Assembly (NCBI GenBank): GCA_965204735.1
Contig: OZ242008.1
Location: forward strand, 1,216,001-1,280,000
From: Longimicrobiales bacterium
GTDB lineage: Bacteria; Gemmatimonadota; Gemmatimonadetes; Longimicrobiales; Gaopeijiaceae
Direction: 5' to 3'
Length of the DNA stretch: 64,000 nt
The translations under genes and the position numbers were made by a program. The first letter of the stretch is position 1. The number at the start of each line of letters is the position of its first letter. Under the pieces are notes generated by a model that worked only from the letters and a program-made list of their open reading frames with translations, did not search any database and was not told where the DNA came from. Positions 28,238 to 38,007 of this stretch are shown one piece after another.

Positions 28238-31057
28238 CTACTGGCAGGAGCCGGGCCGGCAGGCGTATTTCGAAGCGTCTTCGATTGTGTACTGCAAGGC
28301 CTCTGTAGCGTCCACATGAAAGGTCTCGCCGTCCACCACGACCGGGCCGCCCAGCCGAATCGAATCGCCGGCCAACGCGTGTCCGTGGTTCGGGCAAAAT
28401 CCGTAACCGGTCTCGTAGTCGTATCTCGTGGCGTCGCCGCTGCACACTTCCGACTTCGGCAAGACCCGGCCGGGACCGCCGATGAACGGAACCCGGCTCG
28501 CACCGATCGACATGATCGTGCCGTAGGTCACTGTTCTGCCGCCGGTGAGGGCAATCTCGCCTTTGTATCCCCAGCCGCTCGGATGAAAGATGTATTCAAC
28601 GCTCTTCCCGATGTAGTACCCAGGATGGTGATATAACCCCAGGTTGTGACCGATCTCGTGCGCGACAACTCCTATGAAGTTATTGCGCCGGATGGGGTGA
28701 TTCACGTTGGGCATCTTGCGGCCGCTGAAACAATACGGGTCGGTAAGGGCGATACTGGGCCATTGGCGTGCATCCTCTAGAGAGTCGCCTTTGTTGCGAA
28801 CGCCTGCCATGCCACAGATACCGCCGCCAGTCCCCGATTGTATTATATGTATCAGATCAACCTTCAACACCGCCCTCGCGCTTTCAGCCAGGCCCGAGGC
28901 TGTTGCATATAGTGCGACATTGTTACGAACCATATTGTCATACTGACAACGGACGAAGTGCTTGTAGTCTTGATAGGCCACAATGACGGGCCGGAATTCG
29001 ATGTTCACTCCAGACCTCTGGAAGATGCCCGTCACCTCAGGAACTCCGACTTCCGTCATCCACTCGGCCCAACCGCCCCGCCAATACTCCTTGTCCAATA
29101 TGAAGGCGACGTCGATCACATACGTCGTGTTCGGATCGGCCTTCCTGCCCAGCCATTTCGCAGTCGCTGAGCGACGAGTCGCACCTGTGCCTCTTGCAAA
29201 CACCATGTCGCCGCCGACGACCTGGAAGAGCTTATCGAATCCGGCTTGCTTGGCACAGTTCAAGGAGCCACGGCCCCCAGTGGAATCGGCATCGATGGAG
29301 AACTCCAGCGACGGCGAGCCCCCGAACGACAACGCATAGCGGCCGGCCTGATAGACCCGCGTTGTGTCGCCCCAGACCCACCGCCATGCGTCTTGAGGGC
29401 CGGGCGGCTGGACCTCGACTACCGTCTGCGAGCCCGTCGCGACCACCGACACCTGGTCGTCGCAGATCGGGCCGCAGCTGTCCGTGCCGCCCCAGCGCCG
29501 CGCCGCCAGGTCCCAGCCGCTGTCGTGCGCGTTGCCCACCGTCTTCACCTCCAGCATCCGCAGCACGTTCGCCACCGCGCCCGGATCGCCCGCGTCCAGC
29601 GGCAGCCAGCCCGCCGCGCCCGCCGGGCCGGGCTCGTACCCGTCGATCGCGATCTTCACCACCGTCCGGGGATCGCCCGTGCTCGCGCTCGTCTCCGCGC
29701 CGTCGCTCGACACGAACGACCAGCCCACGCGAGGAACCGTCGTCACCTTCATCGCACGCGAGCAGTTGTTCCCCGTCTCCCGCTCCCCCTCCACCGCCTC
29801 CACGCACGCGCCGACCCACGACACGCTCCACAACGCCGACGCCGAATCCGCACCGTACTCCGCCGCCAGCCTCGCCGACCCGCCGCGCGCCAAAGCCTCC
29901 ACTTCCCGCGGCTCGCCCACGCGCTCGTCCGTCGCCTCGATCACCGAGTCCGGCGACACGTACGCCGCCACCGTCGTCGCCGCTGCCGACCCGGCGTCCT
30001 CGCCCACGTTGCGCACCTCGACCTCGAACTCGACGCTGCCGCCCGGCGCCAACGCCACACTGTCCCTCGACACTGCCGCCGCCAAGTCCGGCCTGCCCGT
30101 CACCGTCACTCTGATCGACTCCGAGCAGTTGTCGCCCGTGTCCGCCTCCCACTCCACCGGGTCCACGCACTCGCCCACATAGAGGATCGCCCCCAGTTCC
30201 GCCGCCGGGCTCACCGTGAACGAGCCCGTCCTGCTCGCCGACTCGCCCGGACCCAGCGCTGGCACTGGGGACGGCGCACCCACCACATCGTCCGAGGTCG
30301 TGATCATGTTGTCGGTCGACACGAACGTTCTCGCTCGGGTCGCTGCCGCCGCCGTGTCGCCCCGGTTGCGAACGGTGGCCACGTACTCGAAGCTGCCCCC
30401 CGCCCAAGTCGCCGCGCCGGCGGGCGACAGGCTCGCCGTCAAGTCCGGCAGGACCGCTAACGCCGTCGCCCGGACCTCGGCCGACACGCCGTCGCGCACC
30501 GTTGCCGCCAGCACTTGCTCGCCGCCCGAGTCCCCAAGCGTCCATCTTGTGGACGCGAGCCCGGTCGAATCGCTTCGCGCCGCCCAGGGATCGGCTGTGC
30601 CGTGGCCCTCCGCCGGCACGAACGTCACGCTCGCACCCGGCACTGGCGAACCGCCCGCGTCCAAGAGCCGCACGACGACAGGCTCCCGAAGCGACTCGCC
30701 GACACGGGCCCACTGGTCGGCGCCCGCAAACGGCTCCACCACTGCGACCGCTCCTTCGTGCGGCTCCGTGCCCGACTCGCCGCACGCGGCAAGCCCCGAT
30801 GCGCTGAAGATGAGTGCAAGAGACGGCCACTTGCAACGACTTGGACCACTTCGCCTCGGCAACACTGCCACAGAAAACGTACATCCCAGCTTGCGACGTT
30901 CCTTGCCACGCCGAGCTTCAGCACCCGTGCACGGCTCCGGTTGCGGCGTCGCCTCAGCGTCGGCCCATCGCACCGCCGTGCCGACACCATGCAAACACTT
31001 CAGCCAACCGATTCGTTCCAACTGGCGTCTCGTCTCATCATATTCATTCATTGTCAA
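28238..31057 (-). CDS. Lipoprotein with Ig-like and CARDB domains and a C-terminal metzincin (M12B/reprolysin-like) peptidase
   Basis: LAAC lipobox; PDL...VRNxG...ExxTGxNCS repeats; HEIGHNLGLYH and TIMS Met-turn; start uncertain. Confidence 0.8.
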   Translation of the reverse strand: MTMNEYDETRRQLERIGWLKCLHGVGTAVRWADAEATPQPEPCTGAEARRGKERRKLGCTFSVAVLPRRSGPSRCKWPSLALIFSASGLAACGESGTEPHEGAVAVVEPFAGADQWARVGESLREPVVVRLLDAGGSPVPGASVTFVPAEGHGTADPWAARSDSTGLASTRWTLGDSGGEQVLAATVRDGVSAEVRATALAVLPDLTASLSPAGAATWAGGSFEYVATVRNRGDTAAAATRARTFVSTDNMITTSDDVVGAPSPVPALGPGESASRTGSFTVSPAAELGAILYVGECVDPVEWEADTGDNCSESIRVTVTGRPDLAAAVSRDSVALAPGGSVEFEVEVRNVGEDAGSAAATTVAAYVSPDSVIEATDERVGEPREVEALARGGSARLAAEYGADSASALWSVSWVGACVEAVEGERETGNNCSRAMKVTTVPRVGWSFVSSDGAETSASTGDPRTVVKIAIDGYEPGPAGAAGWLPLDAGDPGAVANVLRMLEVKTVGNAHDSGWDLAARRWGGTDSCGPICDDQVSVVATGSQTVVEVQPPGPQDAWRWVWGDTTRVYQAGRYALSFGGSPSLEFSIDADSTGGRGSLNCAKQAGFDKLFQVVGGDMVFARGTGATRRSATAKWLGRKADPNTTYVIDVAFILDKEYWRGGWAEWMTEVGVPEVTGIFQRSGVNIEFRPVIVAYQDYKHFVRCQYDNMVRNNVALYATASGLAESARAVLKVDLIHIIQSGTGGGICGMAGVRNKGDSLEDARQWPSIALTDPYCFSGRKMPNVNHPIRRNNFIGVVAHEIGHNLGLYHHPGYYIGKSVEYIFHPSGWGYKGEIALTGGRTVTYGTIMSIGASRVPFIGGPGRVLPKSEVCSGDATRYDYETGYGFCPNHGHALAGDSIRLGGPVVVDGETFHVDATEALQYTIEDASKYACRPGSCQ

Positions 31058-33524
31058 TTTTTGTGATTAGGGTCAACGTACCTTGCGGCTCAGGCGCCTC
31101 TTGGAGCAACCGCGAGTGCAACCGCGAGTAGTCCGACTCAGCTTCCTCCACGACCAGCGAGTACTCCCCTCTGGTGTCGGCGGAGTAGCTCCCCGCGAGC
31201 ACCGTCACCTTTCCCGAGTCGGGCATGACGAACTCGATCTGGCTGTCCGAGCCCAGAGACCGATAGTCGTCCGAGTACTGCACCTCGCCGTCGCGCAGCA
31301 CGTACAGCACCGCGTCCACATCGCTCGACCGAGCCCGCACCACGACCCGCTTGCCCGAATCCGCCTCGACAGTCCACCTGCTCAGACGATGTCCCCGGAT
31401 CGGATCGACGAAGCTGGACCTGTCGGCCGAAGACAGAGAGTCAGACACCAAGTCCGGAACGGACAGGGGGGTGTCTCTGGACTCAGGCTGCGCCTCTTGG
31501 AGCAACCGCGAGTAGTCCGACTCAGCTTCCTCCACGACCAGCGAGTACTCCCCTCCGGTGTCGGCGGAGTAGCTCCCCGCGAGCACCGTCACCTTTCCCG
31601 AGTCGGGCATGACGAACTCGATCTGGCTGTCCGAGCCCAGAGACCGATAGTCGTCCGAGTACTGCACCTCGCCGTCGCGCAGCACGTACAGCACCGCGTC
31701 CACATCGCTCGACCGAGCCCGCACCACGACCCGCTTGCCCGAATCCGCCTCGACAGTCCACCTGCTCAGACGATGTCCCCGGATCGGATCGACGAAGCTG
31801 GACCTGTCGGCCGAAGACAGAGAGTCAGACACCAAGTCCGGAACGGACAGGGGGGTGTCTCTGGACTCAGGCTGCGCCTCTTGGAGCAACCGCGAGTAGT
31901 CCGACTCAGCTTCCTCCACGACCAGCGAGTACTCCCCTCCGGTGTCGGCGGAGTAGCTCCCCGCGAGCACCGTCACCTTTCCCGAGTCGGGCATGACGAA
32001 CTCGATCTGGCTGTCCGAGCCCAGAGACCGATAGTCGTCCGAGTACTGCACCTCGCCGTCGCGCAGCACGTACAGCACCGCGTCCACATCGCTCGACCGA
32101 GCCCGCACCACGACCCGCTTGCCCGAATCCGCCTCGACAGTCCACCTGCTCAGACGATGTCCCCGGATCGGATCGACGAAGCTGGACCTGTCGGCCGAAG
32201 ACAGAGAGTCAGACACCAAGTCCGGAACGGACAGGGGGGTGTCTCTGGACTCAGGCGGCGCCTCTTGGAGCAACCGCGAGTAGTCCGACTCAGCTTCCTC
32301 CACGACCAGCGAGTACTCCCCTCCGGTGTCGGCGGAGTAGCTCCCCGCGAGCACCGTCACCTTTCCCGAGTCGGGCATGACGAACTCGATCTGGCTGTCC
32401 GAGCCCAGAGACCGATAGTCGTCCGAGTACTGCACCTCGCCGTCGCGCAGCACGTACAGCACCGCGTCCACATCGCTCGACCGAACCCGCACCACGACCC
32501 ACTTGCCCGAATCCGCCTCGACAGTCCACCTGCTCAGACGATGTCCCCGGATCGGATCGACGAAGCTGCTGTCGTTTGACAATACTGCCGTAGTATCAAC
32601 ACTGCCTTCAACCCGTTCCGGTGAGTTAAGTAGTGCATTCATGTATGAATTCTCTCGTTGTAATCGGTACGTGCCGTATCCGTTGCTGGCGACGCTGGTA
32701 TCCATCCCCACAATGAGTGGAAGATAACCAGATGGAGGCATAACGCCGCGAACGATAGCAGATTGCCGACCTAGGTCGCTAACCGTTAGGTCAAATTGCG
32801 GCAAGCTATAGACTATCGGACGAAAAACTTCTGACCACGTAACGAGTGACAGTCGTTCTCCTCCATCACCTTTTACTGCCCACAGATCAAAATGATATCC
32901 CCTAAGTGAGTCTAAAGGGTCACTGCGGCTAATCTCACCGTCCCATATCGTGTCTGGGTCCCATATCGTGTCTGAGCCAGGGCTATGGTCCTTGGAGTCA
33001 GAGGGGCTAAGGTTGATAAAGTTATCGTCGCATTTGGAGCATGGAGCCGGACAGCTGGGCACGGCGGCTACTAAGTCCAAGCTACACAGTCTGGAGGGCA
33101 GCACGAGAAGGCTTCCCAATTTATCCAACATGTTGTTGACCGGAATATCCAGTTCACGCTTGAACGAGTCCGGATCCCCAAGATCAAACACGATGTCGCC
33201 GCCGTTCTCTCGCCTGTGCTCGTAAATCTTGTCGAGCGTCACCATATCGAGTTCTGGACTCTCGTGATCAATGGTTATTTTTACCCTATCCTGATTTGTA
33301 TCAATACTTTCGCAAGGACGTTTGGTCAACTTCTTCTTTAGTTTGCAGATGTCTTTCTGGTGAGCGCGATTTTTTAACCAAGACTCGATACTATGATCGA
33401 ACGTAACGGCCGCCAGAGCGCCCACCAGAGTGCTCACCAGCACAAGCATTAGCGGCGACCTGAGGAACCGGAACACGGTCGGTTTTGGGCGCACCGATTC
33501 TTCGGGTGTGGATGAGTCGCTCAT
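31044..33524 (-). CDS. TM-anchored protein with tandem PPC-like (pre-peptidase C-terminal) domains
   Basis: SSDVDAVLYVL...SDD...GSDSQI...GEYSL motif four times; N-terminal TM; lower-GC 5' half. Confidence 0.75.
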   Translation of the reverse strand: MSDSSTPEESVRPKPTVFRFLRSPLMLVLVSTLVGALAAVTFDHSIESWLKNRAHQKDICKLKKKLTKRPCESIDTNQDRVKITIDHESPELDMVTLDKIYEHRRENGGDIVFDLGDPDSFKRELDIPVNNMLDKLGSLLVLPSRLCSLDLVAAVPSCPAPCSKCDDNFINLSPSDSKDHSPGSDTIWDPDTIWDGEISRSDPLDSLRGYHFDLWAVKGDGGERLSLVTWSEVFRPIVYSLPQFDLTVSDLGRQSAIVRGVMPPSGYLPLIVGMDTSVASNGYGTYRLQRENSYMNALLNSPERVEGSVDTTAVLSNDSSFVDPIRGHRLSRWTVEADSGKWVVVRVRSSDVDAVLYVLRDGEVQYSDDYRSLGSDSQIEFVMPDSGKVTVLAGSYSADTGGEYSLVVEEAESDYSRLLQEAPPESRDTPLSVPDLVSDSLSSADRSSFVDPIRGHRLSRWTVEADSGKRVVVRARSSDVDAVLYVLRDGEVQYSDDYRSLGSDSQIEFVMPDSGKVTVLAGSYSADTGGEYSLVVEEAESDYSRLLQEAQPESRDTPLSVPDLVSDSLSSADRSSFVDPIRGHRLSRWTVEADSGKRVVVRARSSDVDAVLYVLRDGEVQYSDDYRSLGSDSQIEFVMPDSGKVTVLAGSYSADTGGEYSLVVEEAESDYSRLLQEAQPESRDTPLSVPDLVSDSLSSADRSSFVDPIRGHRLSRWTVEADSGKRVVVRARSSDVDAVLYVLRDGEVQYSDDYRSLGSDSQIEFVMPDSGKVTVLAGSYSADTRGEYSLVVEEAESDYSRLHSRLLQEAPEPQGTLTLITKIDNE
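31120..32567. repeat. About 3.8 near-identical 384 bp tandem repeats (128 aa)
   Basis: Shadow ORFs recur at 31138, 31522, 31906 and 32290 (period 384); only a few SNPs between copies. Confidence 0.97.
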
Positions 33525-33779
33525 CCGAAACGGCCGTGGCAAAGCGTGCCAATGTAACCGTGGAGTTGCCTCGGTTCGTGGAACATGTCCATTCCAGTCT
33601 TCCAGACAAGGATGAGGTGCCCGTGGCGAGGCGGTCGGGCGATCCTATTCGCCCTTTCGGTGCTTGCTCGGCGGCTCAACATTTGACGAGGCCAGCCATG
33701 GCGGCACCGTGGCTCCCAGAGCGGGACCGGCGTCATCCGGTCCTCCGGGTTCCGCGGGTGGCGGACGGGACGGCTACGA

Positions 33780-33860
33780 GGGGACCGAACGGACGAGACA
33801 CGGCAAGGGAGAGCGGCTGTTCGAGCAGGTGCTGGGGATCAAGCGGCCATGGTCGAGCTT
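33780..33860 (+). pseudogene. Possible N-terminal remnant of an ISL3-family transposase
   Basis: ERLFEQVLGIKRPW resembles the LFQQxLGLxxPW start of ISL3 transposases; similarity stops immediately afterwards. Confidence 0.35.
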
Positions 33861-33994
33861 CCCTCGTCCCTTCTCGCGCCACGTCGGGCTCCAGGCGAAC
33901 AGCGAGCGGCCGTCTTCGGCCTCGCCCGCTATCCCCAGCCTTTCGGTTTGGGTGTCAGCAATCATGATGAATGAAAGGTGGCTACAGAGGGGCG

Positions 33995-34027
33995 ACACAA
34001 CAACGTCAATATTCGGTCAATATGCGA
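33995..34027 (-). promoter_or_regulatory. Conserved promoter-like motif, copy B (no good -10 at the equivalent position)
   Basis: Minus strand reads CGCATATTGACC-N5-TTGACG-TTGTTGTG. Confidence 0.45.
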
Positions 34028-34345
34028 CGTTCTGCCCAAATTCGACTCCCCCTTGCGTCGCATCCACACACGCGCCCACCCACAACACACTTCCCACCGA
34101 GTCTGATGCTCTCGCTGTGAACGTCGCAACGCCGTTCGCCGACTCACCCGCGCTCAGCGCCTGCACGTCCGACGCCTCTCCAATCTCCTCGTCCGATGTC
34201 GCGATCACCGAGTTCAACGACTTGAATGTCCTCGCCTTCGTCGCAACAGACGCCGCGTCACTCCGGTTCCGAACCACCACCGCGTACTCGAAGCTGCCAC
34301 CCGGCGTGACCACCACGCTGTCAGCAACTGTTGCCTGCGTCCGGC
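34017..34345 (-). pseudogene. Orphan CARDB domain fragment
   Basis: DSVVVTPGGSFEYAVVVRNR...WVGACVD matches the CARDB repeats of 28238-31057 and 43676-45475; no proper start. Confidence 0.7.
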
Positions 34346-34366
34346 GGCTTGCTCCTCGTATGACAA

Positions 34367-34898
34367 CTACCGCCGCGGCAGGCCCCTGCGGACCACCACG
34401 CCGCCGTCCCCCAGTCGGACTGCGCTGGCGCCTCTCTCTGGCCAGTCTCTCACGATGCTTCGGACGCGGCCCGTGGACTCGTCGACCAGTATTGCCGCGC
34501 GGCCTCCGGCGTCCCGGTCCACCGAGGTCGTTCCCTCCGGTCCGGAAAGTTCGATCCGGCCCAACGCTTCGGTCCACTCGTCTTCGAAAGGCAAGGCGAA
34601 CAGGAAACTCGCGCCGCCGTGGTCGATCGGGTCCGAGGAGAAGTCAAGTCGGAAGAGCGTTTTGCCGCTTCTGCCACGCCTGTCAGGCGATAGGGACCAG
34701 GGCGAGCTGGCAGCTTTACAGGCGCCTCCATTGCGAACGCAGGTTCCATTCGCAACGAGCCGTCTCGAACGCTACCCCAGAGCAACAGCATCTTGCGAGG
34801 CTCCCCCAGGGCGGACGTGACGACGCCGGGAGCCGCCCGGGCAAGTTCCAGCCGGTGGCTCATGGCCTTCTTGAAGTGATAGTCGCTGATCCACTTAG
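34367..34898 (-). pseudogene. Frameshifted 3' fragment of an LRR/M66-like peptidase gene, cut by IS1380
   Basis: WISDYHFKKA...LLLWG...EPAF in one frame, then EDEWTEALGRIELSGPEG...TGRVRSIVRDW in another; homologous to the C-terminus of 39726-43643. Confidence 0.8.
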
Positions 34899-36653
34899 CC
34901 CGCATTTCTCACAACTCGTTGGAGCGCCGGCTTGGGTGGCCATGAGAAGGGCAAGGGAAGGCTGAGATGGGAGGATTTGCAGGTCGCGGGGCGAGAAGAG
35001 GGGCGCAGGGACGCCCGTGGGGTGCGCGTGGGCGGAGTCCGAAGGCCCATTTTCGGGCAGCGCAGGCACTCCGTGCACGAAGCGGCCCGGGGCCGGGTAT
35101 CGGCGGGAGACCGTGCCGCGGCGGCTAGGTCTGGAGCCGGGTGTAGGCCAGGGCGAACTCGTGGTGGCGAGGGTGGTTCGAGTCCATTGCGACCTTCACG
35201 CGCCGGACCGAGACCAGCACGCGCGCTCCGATCTTGAGCAGCTGCGCCCGCAGCGTGGCGGCCGTGGCGCGGGCCAGGCGCGTGTTGTGCAGCGCTTCGC
35301 GCAGCTGCTCGATCAGCGCGCCGGCCAGCGCGGAGAAGATGAGCCGCAGCTGGTTGGCCGCCATGGCGGAGGCGGAGAGCCGCTCGCCGAAGAGGTCCAG
35401 CTGCTGCTCCTTGATCACGTTCTCCATGCGCCCCCGCCCACAGTAGAGGTGCTCGTAGAGAGTCCGTGCGCGGACCATCGAGCGGGGCAGCGAAGTGGCG
35501 ACGAACCGGGGGTTCGCCTTGCCCGGCAGCCACTCGGCCTTGCCCACGACCCGGCGCTTCTTCGACCAGGTCTTCCGCGTCGCGTACTCGAAGTCCACGT
35601 ATCGGCGCGCCGCCCGGCCCTTCGCATCGCACTCGGCCTCGGCGTCGGCCAGCTCCCAGCCGACGGCCTCCGCGAGCCGCTCGTTCTTGGCCAGTCCGAG
35701 GATGTAGTGCACGCCTCGGGCCTCGCACCAACTCATGAGTTCGTCCTTGCCGTATCCGGCGTCCGCCCGCACCACGAACTCGGTGGCCGGCCACCGTGCG
35801 CGGATCCGCGAGACGATGCGCTCGAGCTCGTCCACGGCGCCCTCCAGGGGACCCGCGTTGCCCGCGCGCAGCGCCACGCCCAGCGTGTGCCGCCCGCAGA
35901 CCACGTACAGCGGCAGGCAGCAGTGGTGGCCGTAGTAGCCGTGCCAGCGCCGACCCTCCTGGGTGCCGTGCATCTCGACGTCGGTGGGATCGATGTCCAG
36001 CACGATCCGACTCGGCGGCTTGCGCCGCGACGGTCGCCGACGGCGCGGACGCGCGGCTCGGCGGCGCCTGGCACGCCGTGTGGTCGCCCGCTCCATGAAG
36101 CGGTCCACCAGCAGGTTCGACAGCGCCTCCAGATCGGCGGTGATCTTGTGGTACCGCCCCGGCGCGCCGGCCGACTGTCCGTTCTCGAGCCGGTTCAGCG
36201 TGGCCTTGCCCGCCAGGACGGCGCATCCCTTGCGCCGCGGTCCGCGCTTCTCGGCGAGCAGCGCCAGCACGGGGTCGTGGCGCAGCTGGTCGTGGTCGGC
36301 CACGTCCTCGTGTCCCAGGGCGATGCCCGTGATGCGCTGGCTCACCAGCGTCCGCACCGAGTGCTCGACGCGCCTCGGGTCCCGGTGGTCCTGGAAGCAG
36401 GCGGCGACCTGGTCGAAGAACTTTCCCGCCTCGGCCGCCTGGCGCAGCAGCAGTGCGCCGGCGTTGGACGAGACGGCCCCGCCGTCGAAGGCGGCCACCA
36501 CCTTGCGTCCGCCCAAGGCTTGCTTCGAGAACGGGAACTGGGTATGCTGTGTCGGCATCGGTCTCTCGGGGTCGAGGTCGGGAATCCCTTTCACGACCTA
36601 ACATAACGACCTTCGAGAGGCCGATGCCTGCCCCCACTTGTGAGAAATCCGGG
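34899..36653 (-). mobile_element. IS1380-family insertion sequence
   Basis: 16 bp terminal IRs CCCGCATTTCTCACAA / TTGTGAGAAATCCGGG (one mismatch) around a DDE transposase. Confidence 0.92.
35125..36558 (-). CDS. IS1380 transposase
   Basis: FDGGAVSSNAG, LDIDPTD, GYYGHHC, VRADAG and RGRMENVIKE motifs. Confidence 0.93.
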   Translation of the reverse strand: MPTQHTQFPFSKQALGGRKVVAAFDGGAVSSNAGALLLRQAAEAGKFFDQVAACFQDHRDPRRVEHSVRTLVSQRITGIALGHEDVADHDQLRHDPVLALLAEKRGPRRKGCAVLAGKATLNRLENGQSAGAPGRYHKITADLEALSNLLVDRFMERATTRRARRRRAARPRRRRPSRRKPPSRIVLDIDPTDVEMHGTQEGRRWHGYYGHHCCLPLYVVCGRHTLGVALRAGNAGPLEGAVDELERIVSRIRARWPATEFVVRADAGYGKDELMSWCEARGVHYILGLAKNERLAEAVGWELADAEAECDAKGRAARRYVDFEYATRKTWSKKRRVVGKAEWLPGKANPRFVATSLPRSMVRARTLYEHLYCGRGRMENVIKEQQLDLFGERLSASAMAANQLRLIFSALAGALIEQLREALHNTRLARATAATLRAQLLKIGARVLVSVRRVKVAMDSNHPRHHEFALAYTRLQT

Positions 36654-36660
36654 CTAACAA

Positions 36661-37968
36661 TTACCGTGGCCATGGCCACTTCCGCTTTTTGCCAGGCCGT
36701 TCCAAGTCGAAGGGCAAATTCCAGCCCTCGGCAGCAGGATGCCATCGACCCCACGTGTTCTTGTGAATGTCATCTTTGTCGCCAAAAAACCGCACAAGAA
36801 GGCGAATCACCAAATTCATTCTCGGCATGAATTCGTGAAATCCTGTGAGCATCACGAGTCCCCGATCTCTCACCTCGTGAACACCGAAATCCTCAGGCGA
36901 GACACACACCACTGGTGGTTTGATCTGATCGACAAATGGTGGAATAGAACTCTTTGATGGCACAGTGCCGTCGCCGTCGCCTGTTCTTTCGTCTTTTCCA
37001 AGAAATGAGAATCGCTTGTTGTTGGCTCGGCCTTCCCTATTGACGCGAACGGATGTACGTGTTTGTTCTTCAATTCCCGCTATCACAAGAACCTTCTTTT
37101 CGTCGATTTGCCAATTGTCAATTCTCTTTCTGTATTCCTTGGCGTCTTCAAGATATTGACGAAGCCTTTCCTTGCCTCTCATGAGATTGACTTCGTCTTC
37201 ATTTCCTTCCATTCCTTTCACGTGAGCTATCGCTTCTCCTATCGTTCGTGGTACGCTTTCTTGCCAGCCATCGTCGTTGAAGATGTCAGACATTTCTCCG
37301 AGCACGGCATTCTCATAAGTCGGTAGCAAATAGTACAGGGATGGCGTCAATCGCGCCGTCCTTCGTTCACGGCTTGCCTGCGAACGGCTGCCAAGCGTAC
37401 CGCTACCCGCCACAAGTTTAGTTATCGCGTCGCAACTTCCGCGCCAGGGCGTGCCAATGGTCGCAATTTTGTCGACGCATTTCGCGATGTCGTCGCCTTT
37501 GCGTGACGGCAGAGTCAACGCACCGGCAATAACAAGGCCGCCCATGCTGTGTCCCACCAAGTTCACCTGCGGTTTGCTCTCCCGATATGCGGGCATGAGC
37601 TCTGTTCGCTGGATCACTTCCGATATGAATTCTTGCAACGTGCGTGCCGTCACCTCCAGCGGCTGTCGCCAGTCATAGCTGAACGGATAGACAGGTGTGC
37701 CCAACTCTTCTCGTAACTCTTCTACCATTTCTTCGTAGACCAAAGGAAATGGTCCCCCCGGCCGAATCAGGGCAGGCTCCCGCAACTCGTAGAGGCGATC
37801 GGACTCGGAAGACGGAAGCGAAGGGGCGAGCGCCAAGCGATTGTGTTCACGCCGCATTTTTGTTGTCCACACTTTCTCCGGCGGCAATGAGTAGTCGTCC
37901 TGCATGTCGGTCGCAGTGATTCCCGGTACCACAATCACGGGATTTGGCATGGAGCTGGCTGTGCTCAT
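36661..37968 (-). CDS. Lipase/acyltransferase (LCAT/PGAP1-like alpha/beta hydrolase), low GC
   Basis: VPGI oxyanion, YDWRQ, GHSMGG nucleophile, GTPWRGS and GDGTVP motifs. Confidence 0.85.
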   Translation of the reverse strand: MSTASSMPNPVIVVPGITATDMQDDYSLPPEKVWTTKMRREHNRLALAPSLPSSESDRLYELREPALIRPGGPFPLVYEEMVEELREELGTPVYPFSYDWRQPLEVTARTLQEFISEVIQRTELMPAYRESKPQVNLVGHSMGGLVIAGALTLPSRKGDDIAKCVDKIATIGTPWRGSCDAITKLVAGSGTLGSRSQASRERRTARLTPSLYYLLPTYENAVLGEMSDIFNDDGWQESVPRTIGEAIAHVKGMEGNEDEVNLMRGKERLRQYLEDAKEYRKRIDNWQIDEKKVLVIAGIEEQTRTSVRVNREGRANNKRFSFLGKDERTGDGDGTVPSKSSIPPFVDQIKPPVVCVSPEDFGVHEVRDRGLVMLTGFHEFMPRMNLVIRLLVRFFGDKDDIHKNTWGRWHPAAEGWNLPFDLERPGKKRKWPWPR

Positions 37969-38007
37969 TTCTCTCCTCGGTCGAAAGACGTAGTGGTCAT
38001 TGTGCTC

